A stretch of 64,000 bases of DNA from Candidatus Obscuribacteraceae bacterium. Lineage in GTDB: Bacteria; Cyanobacteriota; Vampirovibrionia; Obscuribacterales; Obscuribacteraceae. Position numbers and translations under genes: made by a program. The notes under the pieces were generated by a model, which searched no databases, was not told the origin of the DNA, and worked only from the letters and a program-made list of their open reading frames with translations. Each line of letters starts with the position of its first letter. The first letter of the stretch is position 1. Location of the stretch: the NCBI GenBank assembly GCA_044226015.1, contig JBGAHS010000005.1, positions 384,001-448,000 on the forward strand, given 5' to 3'. Of this stretch, positions 30,680-39,257 are shown piece by piece.

Positions 30680-32713
30680 ATGAAATCCACATCAGGCGGT
30701 AAGAAAGCAGGAGCTGGCGGCTACGGAAAGAAACGTTCCAATGCGAGCAATTCTTATGGCAAAAAGACTGGTACCGCATCTGGTGGCTACGGAAGATCGC
30801 GTTCCAGCTCTGGTGAAGGTGGCGGCTCCTACGGGCGCAAGAGGAGTGACGAGGGCGGCGGATCCTCATACGGACGCAAGAGAAGTGAAGAGGGCGGCGG
30901 CTCCTCATACGGGCGCAAGAGAAGTGACGAAGGCGGCGGCTCCTCCTACGGGCGCAAGAGAGGCGATGAAGGCGGCGGCTCCTCATACGGTCGCAAGAGA
31001 AGTGACGAAGGTGGCAGCTCCTCCTACGGGCGCAAGAGAAGCGACGAAGGCGGCGGTTCCTCTTACGGACGCAAGAGAAGTGACGAAGGTGGCGGCTCCT
31101 CTTATGGGCGTAAGAGAAGTGATGAAGGCGGAAGCTCATACGGACGAAAGAGAAGCGACGAAGGCGGCAATTCCTCCTACGGAAGATCGCGTTCTAGCTC
31201 TGGCGAAGGCGGCAGTTCCTCCTACGGAAGATCGCGTTCTAGCTCTGGCGAAGGTGGCAGCTCCTCATACGGGCGCAAGAGAAGTGACGAGGGGGGCGGA
31301 TCCTCATACGGGCGCAAGAGAAGTGACGAGGGCGGCGGATCCTCTTACGGGCGCAAGAGAAGCGACGAGGGGGGCGGATCCTCATACGGACGAAAGAGAA
31401 GCGACGAAGGCGGAAGCTCATACGGACGCCAGAGAAGTGACGAAGGTGGCGGATCCTCATACGGACGAAAGAGAAGCGACGAAGGCGGAAGCTCATACGG
31501 ACGCCAAAGAAGTGACGAAGGCGGAAGCTCCTACGGAAGATCGCGTTCCGGCTCTGGTGAAGGTGGCTCCTCCTACGGGCGAAAGAGAAGCGATGAAGGT
31601 GGCAGCTCTTACGGACGGAGAAGCGACTCAGGTGGCAGTTCCTCATACGGACGTAAGCGAAGCGATGAAGGCGGCAGTTCGTCCTATGGCAGAGGACGAC
31701 GTGACGAAGGTGGTTATGGTAGGTCAGGATCGGGACCACGCTCTGGTTCGAGTTCAACATATGGAAGTAGAGAGAACCGCAGTTATGGTCGCAGCTACGA
31801 AGACAAAGGGCGCGCACCATCAGATGAAAAAGTTCAGCAAGAAACTGGAGCTCTAGAAGAAGAGCAACTCAGCGCTAATACTTCGAACGTTGAAGCTGAA
31901 GGGCAGATCGAAGAGGATTTCATCGAATCTCAATCGCTGACCGAAGAAGACTACGAATATGGCGATGACGACGAAGATTCTGATGCCGATGAGGGAAGTG
32001 CAGAAGTAGCTGAAGCAGCCGGCGCTGATTTTGTATCTGAAGTCGATGCGCAGTCGGAAGATGGTCTTGTTGGTGATGCCGGTGACTCTCAAGAATCCAC
32101 GAGAGACATTGAAGCTGCAGCTAATGAGTCTGGAGATGAGTCTGGCAACGAAGAGTCTGGCACCGACGACTCTGCTGACTCTACTCCGCGCAGCGAGAGC
32201 GCAGGACCTCGTCCATATGCTCAGCGTCTTTCCACCTCCAGCCCCTACAAGTCTCGTTCATCTGAAGACAGAGAAACTTACAGAGACGATCGCGGTTCGA
32301 GAGAGGAACGTGGCAATCGAGAAGAGCGCGGCTATCGTGAAGATCGCGGTTCAAGAGAAGATCGAGGCTATCGAGATGATCGCGATTCAAGAGAAGATCG
32401 AGGCTATCGAGATGATCGCGATTCAAGAGATGATCGTGGTCCACGTGGTGGCGCTGGTGGTGGCTTCAGAAAAGCTGAGCGCGAGATAAATGTTCACCTT
32501 GGAATAAGCCCTCGCTTGCTAGACCTGGCTAAAGAAATGGCCGAAGAGATGGGGCTTGACCTGCGAGAATATCTTGAGAGATGTTTAGTTCTCGCGCTCA
32601 AAGCTCATGCTGATAAACTCGGCTACGCCAAGACCACAACATACGTAACTGAGTTCACTAAAGAGCATACGAAGAAGCCGGAAACTCGTGTTTCCAAGAA
32701 GAAGCTCTATTAG
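30680..32713 (+). CDS. Low-complexity repeat protein with possible C-terminal ribbon-helix-helix domain
   Basis: About 23 SYGRKRSDEGGGS-type units, an acidic tract, RDDR/REDR repeats and a short folded tail. GGGAG RBS. Confidence 0.8.
   Translation: MKSTSGGKKAGAGGYGKKRSNASNSYGKKTGTASGGYGRSRSSSGEGGGSYGRKRSDEGGGSSYGRKRSEEGGGSSYGRKRSDEGGGSSYGRKRGDEGGGSSYGRKRSDEGGSSSYGRKRSDEGGGSSYGRKRSDEGGGSSYGRKRSDEGGSSYGRKRSDEGGNSSYGRSRSSSGEGGSSSYGRSRSSSGEGGSSSYGRKRSDEGGGSSYGRKRSDEGGGSSYGRKRSDEGGGSSYGRKRSDEGGSSYGRQRSDEGGGSSYGRKRSDEGGSSYGRQRSDEGGSSYGRSRSGSGEGGSSYGRKRSDEGGSSYGRRSDSGGSSSYGRKRSDEGGSSSYGRGRRDEGGYGRSGSGPRSGSSSTYGSRENRSYGRSYEDKGRAPSDEKVQQETGALEEEQLSANTSNVEAEGQIEEDFIESQSLTEEDYEYGDDDEDSDADEGSAEVAEAAGADFVSEVDAQSEDGLVGDAGDSQESTRDIEAAANESGDESGNEESGTDDSADSTPRSESAGPRPYAQRLSTSSPYKSRSSEDRETYRDDRGSREERGNREERGYREDRGSREDRGYRDDRDSREDRGYRDDRDSRDDRGPRGGAGGGFRKAEREINVHLGISPRLLDLAKEMAEEMGLDLREYLERCLVLALKAHADKLGYAKTTTYVTEFTKEHTKKPETRVSKKKLY
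30787..31716 (+). repeat. Coding tandem repeat, 36-45 bp units (mostly 39 bp)
   Basis: Recurrent TACGG(G/A)CGCAAGAGAAG(T/C)GACGA(A/G)GGCGGC with synonymous variation. Confidence 0.95.
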
Positions 32714-32985
32714 GAAAATACTTTGTCAAGGGTGGGAAGATTCACGCGTAGTTTGCTCAAAAGCTGCGACTGTTAAGGATTGTCATTGACCATTTAGGCT
32801 GAAGCAGCACCGAAGAAGCTTGATGGAATGCTCTCAACTCATGGTTGTCACGCATTTGCTGCTGAAATGCAGTGCTGCCTTGCCTTAACCGGAACTTTCA
32901 GATCTTGGAAATGTGATATAGTTCCTGCTGCGCAAATGTCTTGCGCAGTTTCGTTGTTGAGCTTTAGGCTCGTCAACCGTATTAA

Positions 32986-33432
32986 TTGAATCTGTTCCAG
33001 TCTATGACCAATCTTGCAACTCTAACTGAAGTAGAATTCGCCAGCGAGGATGAATTCAAAGCTATTCTTCCGGCGCTCGAGCGGAAGCAAGGTCCCGCTG
33101 ACCATGAGCTGGATGCTCCTCCTGGCGTAGCCGTGAAAATCAGCGACAGTGTTAGACCTGTTAACGCGAAGACTTCTGGCGAGCTACTGCAAATTCTTGG
33201 CGGACCGCATACATCTGACGCTCATTGGAGAATTGCATGGAGCGAGCTAAATGCCAGGGATGAGTCCGCTGATTCCACCGATACGTTCGTTGTGGGTGGG
33301 CAGCTGTTCTTGCTTTCCTTTATACTTCTTGTTCTCGTCAAAATTCTGTTTTTCAATGGACCTGCCGAGCCTGCCGCGGAGAATCAAATCTCCTCAGCAA
33401 AGTCCGAAGTTTTTCGGTGCATTCTTTTGTAA
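32986..33432 (+). CDS. Hypothetical membrane protein
   Basis: Acidic N-terminal part and one C-terminal TM helix; start uncertain. Confidence 0.5.
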   Translation: MNLFQSMTNLATLTEVEFASEDEFKAILPALERKQGPADHELDAPPGVAVKISDSVRPVNAKTSGELLQILGGPHTSDAHWRIAWSELNARDESADSTDTFVVGGQLFLLSFILLVLVKILFFNGPAEPAAENQISSAKSEVFRCILL

Positions 33433-34130
33433 GTCCTAGTTCAATATGGAGAAATGCGGTGAAGATTCTTAGTGTGATTGTTGCCTTGGGGCTGAGCTTA
33501 GTTAGCAATCCGATTTTTGCTGCAAGCCACGAGACATCTCCATATCAACACGGCGTCAACGCTTACTTGAAGGATGACTATAAATCAGCGCTGCCACATT
33601 TCACCGAGGCAGCAAAAACTGATGCTAAGAATCCAAAGGTTCATTATTACCTGGCACTGTGCTATCAGCAAATGGATGATGACAAAAATGCTGCAGCTGA
33701 ATATGAGCTTGCACTTGCTAACAGCAAGGATGCTGCATTTAAGGAGATCGTTGCCGAGCGACTTTTGAGGACGAAACGGCGGCTGGGAACTGCTCCTAAA
33801 CTTAGTTCCGAAGAAAGTGCTCCTCAAGTTGCAAAACATGAGCCTGTTCAAAAGGTCATCTGGTTTTCAACGAACTGGTGCAGTCATTGCAAGAAGTTCA
33901 AAACAGCATGGGAAGCTGCTAAGACAAAGTTCAATAACAAGCTAACGTTTGAACATCTCAATGCAGAAGATCCATCAGCCTGGAAGTCTGTCGAGACTTA
34001 CAAGCCTAAGGCGTATCCAACCCTCGTTTATCTCGACAAGAAAAACAAAGTTATAGAGAACTTCGCTTCTGCACCAAGTAGTGATGAGTTCATCAAGCAT
34101 CTCCAAGACCTTGGGGCTAAGGTCAACTGA
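33417..34130 (+). CDS. Secreted TPR + thioredoxin-domain protein
   Basis: Signal peptide, TPR (VHYYLALCY), WCSHC redox motif and YPT cis-Pro loop. The start is probably the GTG near 33459. Confidence 0.85.
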   Translation: MHSFVSPSSIWRNAVKILSVIVALGLSLVSNPIFAASHETSPYQHGVNAYLKDDYKSALPHFTEAAKTDAKNPKVHYYLALCYQQMDDDKNAAAEYELALANSKDAAFKEIVAERLLRTKRRLGTAPKLSSEESAPQVAKHEPVQKVIWFSTNWCSHCKKFKTAWEAAKTKFNNKLTFEHLNAEDPSAWKSVETYKPKAYPTLVYLDKKNKVIENFASAPSSDEFIKHLQDLGAKVN

Positions 34131-34184
34131 TCTCCATAATTTCTCCATAGTTTCCATTCTCATTACATAGGACTCTCCTAGAGT
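34131..34184 (+). promoter_or_regulatory. Putative BaeR-type tandem binding site and -10 element
   Basis: TCTCCATAA (34131) and TCTCCATAG (34142) at 11 bp spacing, a weaker TTTCCATTC at 34151, and TAGAGT at 34179. Confidence 0.65.
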
Positions 34185-34233
34185 ATGTGTATTGGGTCAT
34201 CGGTATGCCAGCAATTTATGAGGGTACTGACGA

Positions 34234-34506
34234 ATGGAAAAACAACTGGCTGAGCTTATGAAAACACTGAATAAGTCTCAGAAACTGGCAAAACTTGCTG
34301 TGAGCGAAAGCGGTTTCTTATTCGACCCTGAAACAGGGCAGAGTTTTACTCTGAATAAAACCGGGTTAGTCACGCTGAATCAGCTAAAGCGCGGTTCATC
34401 GATTGAAGAAACAGCAAGTTACTTATCTCAGAATTATATGGTCTCGGTCGAAGCTGCGATGAACAGCGTCGAGGCATTCATCTTGCAACTTGGGAGATAC
34501 CTATAA
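34234..34506 (+). CDS. PqqD-family / RiPP recognition element-like protein
   Basis: 90 aa; LAVSESGFLFDPETGQSFTLNKTG beta-hairpins followed by three helices, with Y.VS.E....V..FI..L. Confidence 0.85.
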   Translation: MEKQLAELMKTLNKSQKLAKLAVSESGFLFDPETGQSFTLNKTGLVTLNQLKRGSSIEETASYLSQNYMVSVEAAMNSVEAFILQLGRYL

Positions 34507-35612
34507 TGCGTAATTCCAAAGCGTGGAAAAATTATACGGTGGCGGTGACTGGAATGAACGCAAGTCCAGAAAGTCCTGGACCAGGTTTCGCAGTGGCAAG
34601 GTGTTTGAAAGAGCATCCAGAATTCGAAGGTCGAGTCATTGGGCTTGGATATGATGTTCTTGATGCGGGGCTTTATGCGCATCACATTTGCGATGCTGGC
34701 TACCTGGTGCCATACCCGTCGGCAGGACGCGATGCATTGCTAGAGCGACTTCGTGCTGTTCATGCTGTTGAGAAAATTGATGTGATAATTCCCTGTCTGG
34801 ATGCTGAACTTCAGAGCTTTATCGGTTTGAGAAAAGAACTTGAGTCCATGGGAATAAAGATGCTTATTCCGAGTCGAGATCAATTCAATCTACGTGCGAA
34901 GGACCAGCTGGGCAAGTTTTGTGAATCAATAGGTGTGCTTGCACCTGAGAGCAAGACAATTACGAATCCTGCATTCTTTGACGATTGCCACAATCAGGGG
35001 TGGGAATATCCCCTTATTGTAAAAGGCATCTTCTATGATGCGACCATCGCAAGGAATGCTTTTGAAGCCAAAGCCATCATGAATAAGCTGGTAGGGCAGT
35101 GGGGCTACCCGGTGCTCGTGCAGAAAATAGTTCAGGGCGATGAATTCGACTTGTCTGCAATCGGAGATGGGAAATGTCAGATGCTCGGTGCCGTGATGAT
35201 GCGCAAGCGAGCCCTGACAGAGAAAGGAAAAGCCTGGGCGGGAGTGACTGTTGCTGAGCCTGGAATAGCCGAAGTGGCTGGTAAAATCATTCGTGGACTA
35301 GCATGGAGTGGACCGTTTGAAGTAGAGGTCATGCGTACTGCCGACGAGAAGATTTACTTGATTGAGATTAACCCTCGCTTTCCGGCGTGGATTTATCTCA
35401 GTCATGCTGTCGGACGAAACTTGCCAGTGACTTTGCTCAAAGTCATTGCCGGTGAAACCGAACTAGATCTTGCAGAAGAGCGAACAGGAACATTTTTCAT
35501 ACGTCACGCACAGGAGTTGATTGTTAATCTGCCCGAGTTTGAGTCAATGTTGATCAACGGTAGTACAGGTGGATTCTTCGAAGATTCAGCACTGCACCGT
35601 TCAGCAAGTTAG
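34506..35612 (+). CDS. ATP-grasp domain ligase
   Basis: YPLIVKG, LVQKIVQGDEF, GPFEVE, YLIEINPRF. Start overlaps the PqqD stop (TAATG). Confidence 0.9.
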   Translation: MRNSKAWKNYTVAVTGMNASPESPGPGFAVARCLKEHPEFEGRVIGLGYDVLDAGLYAHHICDAGYLVPYPSAGRDALLERLRAVHAVEKIDVIIPCLDAELQSFIGLRKELESMGIKMLIPSRDQFNLRAKDQLGKFCESIGVLAPESKTITNPAFFDDCHNQGWEYPLIVKGIFYDATIARNAFEAKAIMNKLVGQWGYPVLVQKIVQGDEFDLSAIGDGKCQMLGAVMMRKRALTEKGKAWAGVTVAEPGIAEVAGKIIRGLAWSGPFEVEVMRTADEKIYLIEINPRFPAWIYLSHAVGRNLPVTLLKVIAGETELDLAEERTGTFFIRHAQELIVNLPEFESMLINGSTGGFFEDSALHRSAS

Positions 35613-35636
35613 AAAGTGGAAGAGGAGGAGGCATAA

Positions 35637-37097
35637 ATGGGTTTTGATCAAGATGGAAAAAAGGGGCTCTGGGAGCCACCATATATACAACCACATAAGT
35701 TAGGAGCAATAAACAAGTTTGGGCGCCGTCCGGTAAGAGACAACGTTGCAAGTGAACTCTACGGAGTTCCAGTTCAGGAGCTGATTGAGCGCTTTGGTTC
35801 ACCGCTCTTTGTTTTGAGTGAAGAGAAGCTGCGTGCCAATATTCGAAAAATCAAAAGCGCCTTTGAACAGAGATACACTCTTTCGCAGCATGGCTGGTCT
35901 TATAAGACAAACTATACCAGCGCCGTTTGCCGCATTATGGATCAAGAAGCTTCGCTGGCTGAAGTAGTGTCAAACTTTGAGTATGAGAAAGCTCGTGCTC
36001 TAGGTGTGCCTGGTCACCGCATCATTTTCAATGGACCGAATAAGCCTCGTGCAATTCTTGAGCGTGCTATTGCGGAAGGAGCCTTCATTCAAGCAGACCA
36101 TATGGACGAGTTGCGCCTTCTGCAGACCATAGCTGAAGAACAATCGCGCACTGTTGACATAGGAATAAGAATCAATTTTGACACCGGTTTTACTGAGCCC
36201 TGGAGCCGATTTGGTTTCAATCTTGAAAGCGGACAAGCTCGGGAAGCTGCAAAATTTATTTCGCGAAGCAATAATTTGAGGTTGACGGCTTTGCATTCGC
36301 ACATCGGCACTTTCGTGCTTGAGCCTCGAGCATACGCGGCTCAGGTAAAGATAATGTGCGACCTGATGCGCGAGCTTGAAGGTTTTGCAAACGTCGATAT
36401 TCAATGTCTTGATATAGGTGGAGGTTTTCCCTCTCTTAATGCGCTTCAGAGCATCTATTTGCCGCCAGAGCAGGTTGTGCCCGCAATTACTGAATACGCC
36501 GATGCAATCTGTGAATCGCTACAGCAAGGTATTCGTTATAGAAAGGAACAGGGAAAGGAGCTGCCACGCCTGGTATACGAAAGTGGACGAGCAATGGTAG
36601 ATGAATCTGAGTCATTGATCACATCTGTTGTCGGAACAAAGCGCCTTCCAGATGGACGCCGAGCCGCTATTCTAGATGCCGGTACGAATCTTTTGTTTAC
36701 TGCTTACTGGTACAACCATCCTATAAAACTCACCAAAGAAACTTATGGTGCTGAGGAGGAAACTGTATTGTACGGTCCCCTCTGTATGAATATTGACGTC
36801 GTTCGCAGCAGTGTTTGTTTACCTCCGCTCAATGCTGGAGATCAGCTGATCATAGGTAATGTTGGGGCATACAACAACACTCAGTGGCTTCAATTCATTG
36901 AATATCGACCGAACGTGGTTATGGTTTCTCAGAATGGTGAGTGTCACGTCATCAGATATGCTGAGGATCTATCAGTAATGATGTCGCAAGATTCCATTCC
37001 AGATCATTTGATGCCCAGGCAAATGAAGAAGCTGAAGGAAAGTGGACAGATAGCTATTCTCCGACCAAACTCATCGATGAAAAAGGTCAGGGAGTAA
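35637..37097 (+). CDS. Fold-III PLP-dependent decarboxylase (diaminopimelate/ornithine decarboxylase family)
   Basis: GSPLFV, SYKTN PLP lysine, FNGPNK, SRFG, LHSHIG, DIGGGF, ESGRAMV, GPLCMNID, NVGAY. Confidence 0.9.
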   Translation: MGFDQDGKKGLWEPPYIQPHKLGAINKFGRRPVRDNVASELYGVPVQELIERFGSPLFVLSEEKLRANIRKIKSAFEQRYTLSQHGWSYKTNYTSAVCRIMDQEASLAEVVSNFEYEKARALGVPGHRIIFNGPNKPRAILERAIAEGAFIQADHMDELRLLQTIAEEQSRTVDIGIRINFDTGFTEPWSRFGFNLESGQAREAAKFISRSNNLRLTALHSHIGTFVLEPRAYAAQVKIMCDLMRELEGFANVDIQCLDIGGGFPSLNALQSIYLPPEQVVPAITEYADAICESLQQGIRYRKEQGKELPRLVYESGRAMVDESESLITSVVGTKRLPDGRRAAILDAGTNLLFTAYWYNHPIKLTKETYGAEEETVLYGPLCMNIDVVRSSVCLPPLNAGDQLIIGNVGAYNNTQWLQFIEYRPNVVMVSQNGECHVIRYAEDLSVMMSQDSIPDHLMPRQMKKLKESGQIAILRPNSSMKKVRE

Positions 37098-37100
37098 AAG

Positions 37101-39257
37101 ATGTTTATTAGAAAAATAAATCAAGTGCTTGATGGGTACGGTTCATTTTTCGGTCTTTCGCATCCAGCCTCTCGCCTTTTGATTTTTCTTTGTGCGATTC
37201 TTAATCCCTTCTCTGGAGTTTGTGGAGTATTGGGCGCCATTTCTGTAGTCGCCTGGCGCTCTCTACTCCAGTTCAGAAGTGATACAGAACGAATTGAGAT
37301 AATCAACGGCATTCTTTTGGGCAGCTTGATGGGATCAATGTTTGCCTTCACTCCCGCATCTGTTGCATTGACCTTTTCTGGTGCACTGCTGGTAGTGCTG
37401 TTTAGCGCTGTGTTTTCGGATACTGTGGGAAAGATGTTTCGTCTGCCGCTACTGGGCTTACCCTATTCGGTGGTCGCATTTTTAATCTTGCCTGCAGCTG
37501 CGGCTCTGCATATACAGCATGTGGTTGTACCGGTTCCCCAATGGTTGTTGATTCCCTGTGATGCAGTTTTGCCTCTGGGCGCGATGTACTTCAATGGCAC
37601 TGGTGCTGGTGGCTTGCTCGTGGTGTTAGCATTTTTGCTTTCTTCACGTTACTTAGCTCTTCTTGCACTCTTGTCGAGTGTAGCATCATCCTTGTTTCTT
37701 CATGCGCTGGGTTTGCCTACTGACTCAATACTTTCGCTTGTAGCTCGCATGAACAGTGTTCTGGCTGCGTGTATCATTGGCGGATTGTTCGCTGTGCCTG
37801 GACGCAAGAGTATGGCTGTCTCTGTGGGGGCAGCTGTCTTCGCTGCCGGGCTTACGCTAGCGTTGAATCAGCTGCTATCGGTTTTGAGTCTGCCGGTGCT
37901 GGCGCTTCCGTTTGTGATTGTGACATACATCTCTATGCTCGTTTTCAATTCGCAAAGAGGACCTGCCTGGACTTATTTCTGGTTAAGCACTCCTGCTCTG
38001 CCAGAAAGCAGTCTGGAGTTTATTCAAGTTGCACAAGCTCGTGGAGTTGACTATCGCAGCATTGCCTTGAAGGCGCCGTTCAAAGGTACCTGGCAGGTAT
38101 ATCAGGGCTTTGCTGGAAAGCATACTCATAAAGGTGTCTGGCAATATGCTCTGGACTTTTTTCAAACGGAGGGCGAGAAGAGTTTCGCGGGTGACGGCGC
38201 CCTCTTGAATGATTATCATTGCTTCGGCAAGCCGGTTTTGTCGCCGGCTTATGGAACAATCGTTGAAGTTCAAAATGGAATTGCCGATAATGTACCTGGT
38301 GAAGTTGACACAATCAATAACTGGGGGAATTACATTCTGGTCAGGCTTGATTGTGGTGCCTATGTGATACTAGCCCACTTGAAGCAGGGCAGTGTTAGAG
38401 TAAATGTCGGTTCTCGAGTGATGCCTGGCGAAATGATTGCCAGCGTTGGAAACTCGGGACGTTCGCCACAGCCCCATCTGCATATGCATGTTCAGGAAAC
38501 GCAGTACATAGGTTCAAAGACGATTCCCTTCCACATCAATGGAATAATCAGGCATCTCGGCGACAGGAATGAATACAGCATGAAGGCAAGTCCTGAGGAA
38601 AATGAAGTTCTCAGTGTACCTGCATTGAACGAGGCTCTTAAGCACTCCTTGCGGTTTTGCGTTGGTAATCGCTATGAATTTGAACTTGAAGAAGCCGATG
38701 GCATAGAGCGCAAAGCTCATCTTGAAGTTAGCCTTGATCTCAATGGTCAGTTCTGGCTGAACAGCTCGTCAGGGGCAAGAGTGGCATTTAGCCAATCTGA
38801 TGAACTACTTGCTTTCTACAACCGACTTGGTCCAGATGATACTTTTCTCGACTCTTTTATTCTTGCTGTCAGCAGTACGCCGTTAGTCGAAGGTGCCATA
38901 AGCTGGCAAGACATGGTGCCACGTCGTTTATTAAACAGAAGCTTCTTGACTCGCCTTCAGCAGAATTTGCTTCATCCAATAAGTCCCTGTGCAACCACAA
39001 CATTTAATCGCCGATGGGATAGTACGCTAAAATTATGGCTGCAAACTGCAGAACATCGAGTTGGCGCGAGCAAATTTACGAGTACAGCTCAGATATGCGA
39101 GGCTCAAGGGTTGATGGAGTTCAGTCTTAGTTCGGATGAAAAGATGCTGATGCGGGCGAAGCTGATCACGCTGGGCTTGCGAGAAGATCTAGGCATACCC
39201 GAGTGGTCTTCGAAGCAGCTTTCTGCTCTACCTCAAGCAACGCGGGGAATGAATTGA
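37101..39257 (+). CDS. Urea-transporter-like membrane domain fused to an M23 peptidase domain
   Basis: About 10 TM helices with NGILLG, LPLLGLPY and LPVLALPF; then HTH....YALDF, WGNY, AHLKQGS, GNSGRS.QPHLH. Confidence 0.85.
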   Translation: MFIRKINQVLDGYGSFFGLSHPASRLLIFLCAILNPFSGVCGVLGAISVVAWRSLLQFRSDTERIEIINGILLGSLMGSMFAFTPASVALTFSGALLVVLFSAVFSDTVGKMFRLPLLGLPYSVVAFLILPAAAALHIQHVVVPVPQWLLIPCDAVLPLGAMYFNGTGAGGLLVVLAFLLSSRYLALLALLSSVASSLFLHALGLPTDSILSLVARMNSVLAACIIGGLFAVPGRKSMAVSVGAAVFAAGLTLALNQLLSVLSLPVLALPFVIVTYISMLVFNSQRGPAWTYFWLSTPALPESSLEFIQVAQARGVDYRSIALKAPFKGTWQVYQGFAGKHTHKGVWQYALDFFQTEGEKSFAGDGALLNDYHCFGKPVLSPAYGTIVEVQNGIADNVPGEVDTINNWGNYILVRLDCGAYVILAHLKQGSVRVNVGSRVMPGEMIASVGNSGRSPQPHLHMHVQETQYIGSKTIPFHINGIIRHLGDRNEYSMKASPEENEVLSVPALNEALKHSLRFCVGNRYEFELEEADGIERKAHLEVSLDLNGQFWLNSSSGARVAFSQSDELLAFYNRLGPDDTFLDSFILAVSSTPLVEGAISWQDMVPRRLLNRSFLTRLQQNLLHPISPCATTTFNRRWDSTLKLWLQTAEHRVGASKFTSTAQICEAQGLMEFSLSSDEKMLMRAKLITLGLREDLGIPEWSSKQLSALPQATRGMN

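Noticed and set aside
30787..31716. Possible CRISPR array
   Set aside because: Units are contiguous, in-frame and lack unique spacers; no cas genes.
30660..32489. Overlapping ORFs 30741-31856, 31239-31820, 30660-31139 and 32031-32489
   Set aside because: Alternative frames of the tandem repeat; only 30680-32713 spans the whole region with an RBS.
32714..34233. A separate RiPP precursor ORF near the PqqD gene
   Set aside because: No convincing short ORF with RBS and leader/core pattern upstream, and no room inside the operon. A distant precursor cannot be excluded.
35637..37097. Calling the decarboxylase lysA
   Set aside because: It has CMNID rather than the CE(S/T)GD typical of LysA, an extra N-terminal arm and an unusual operon context; substrate unknown.
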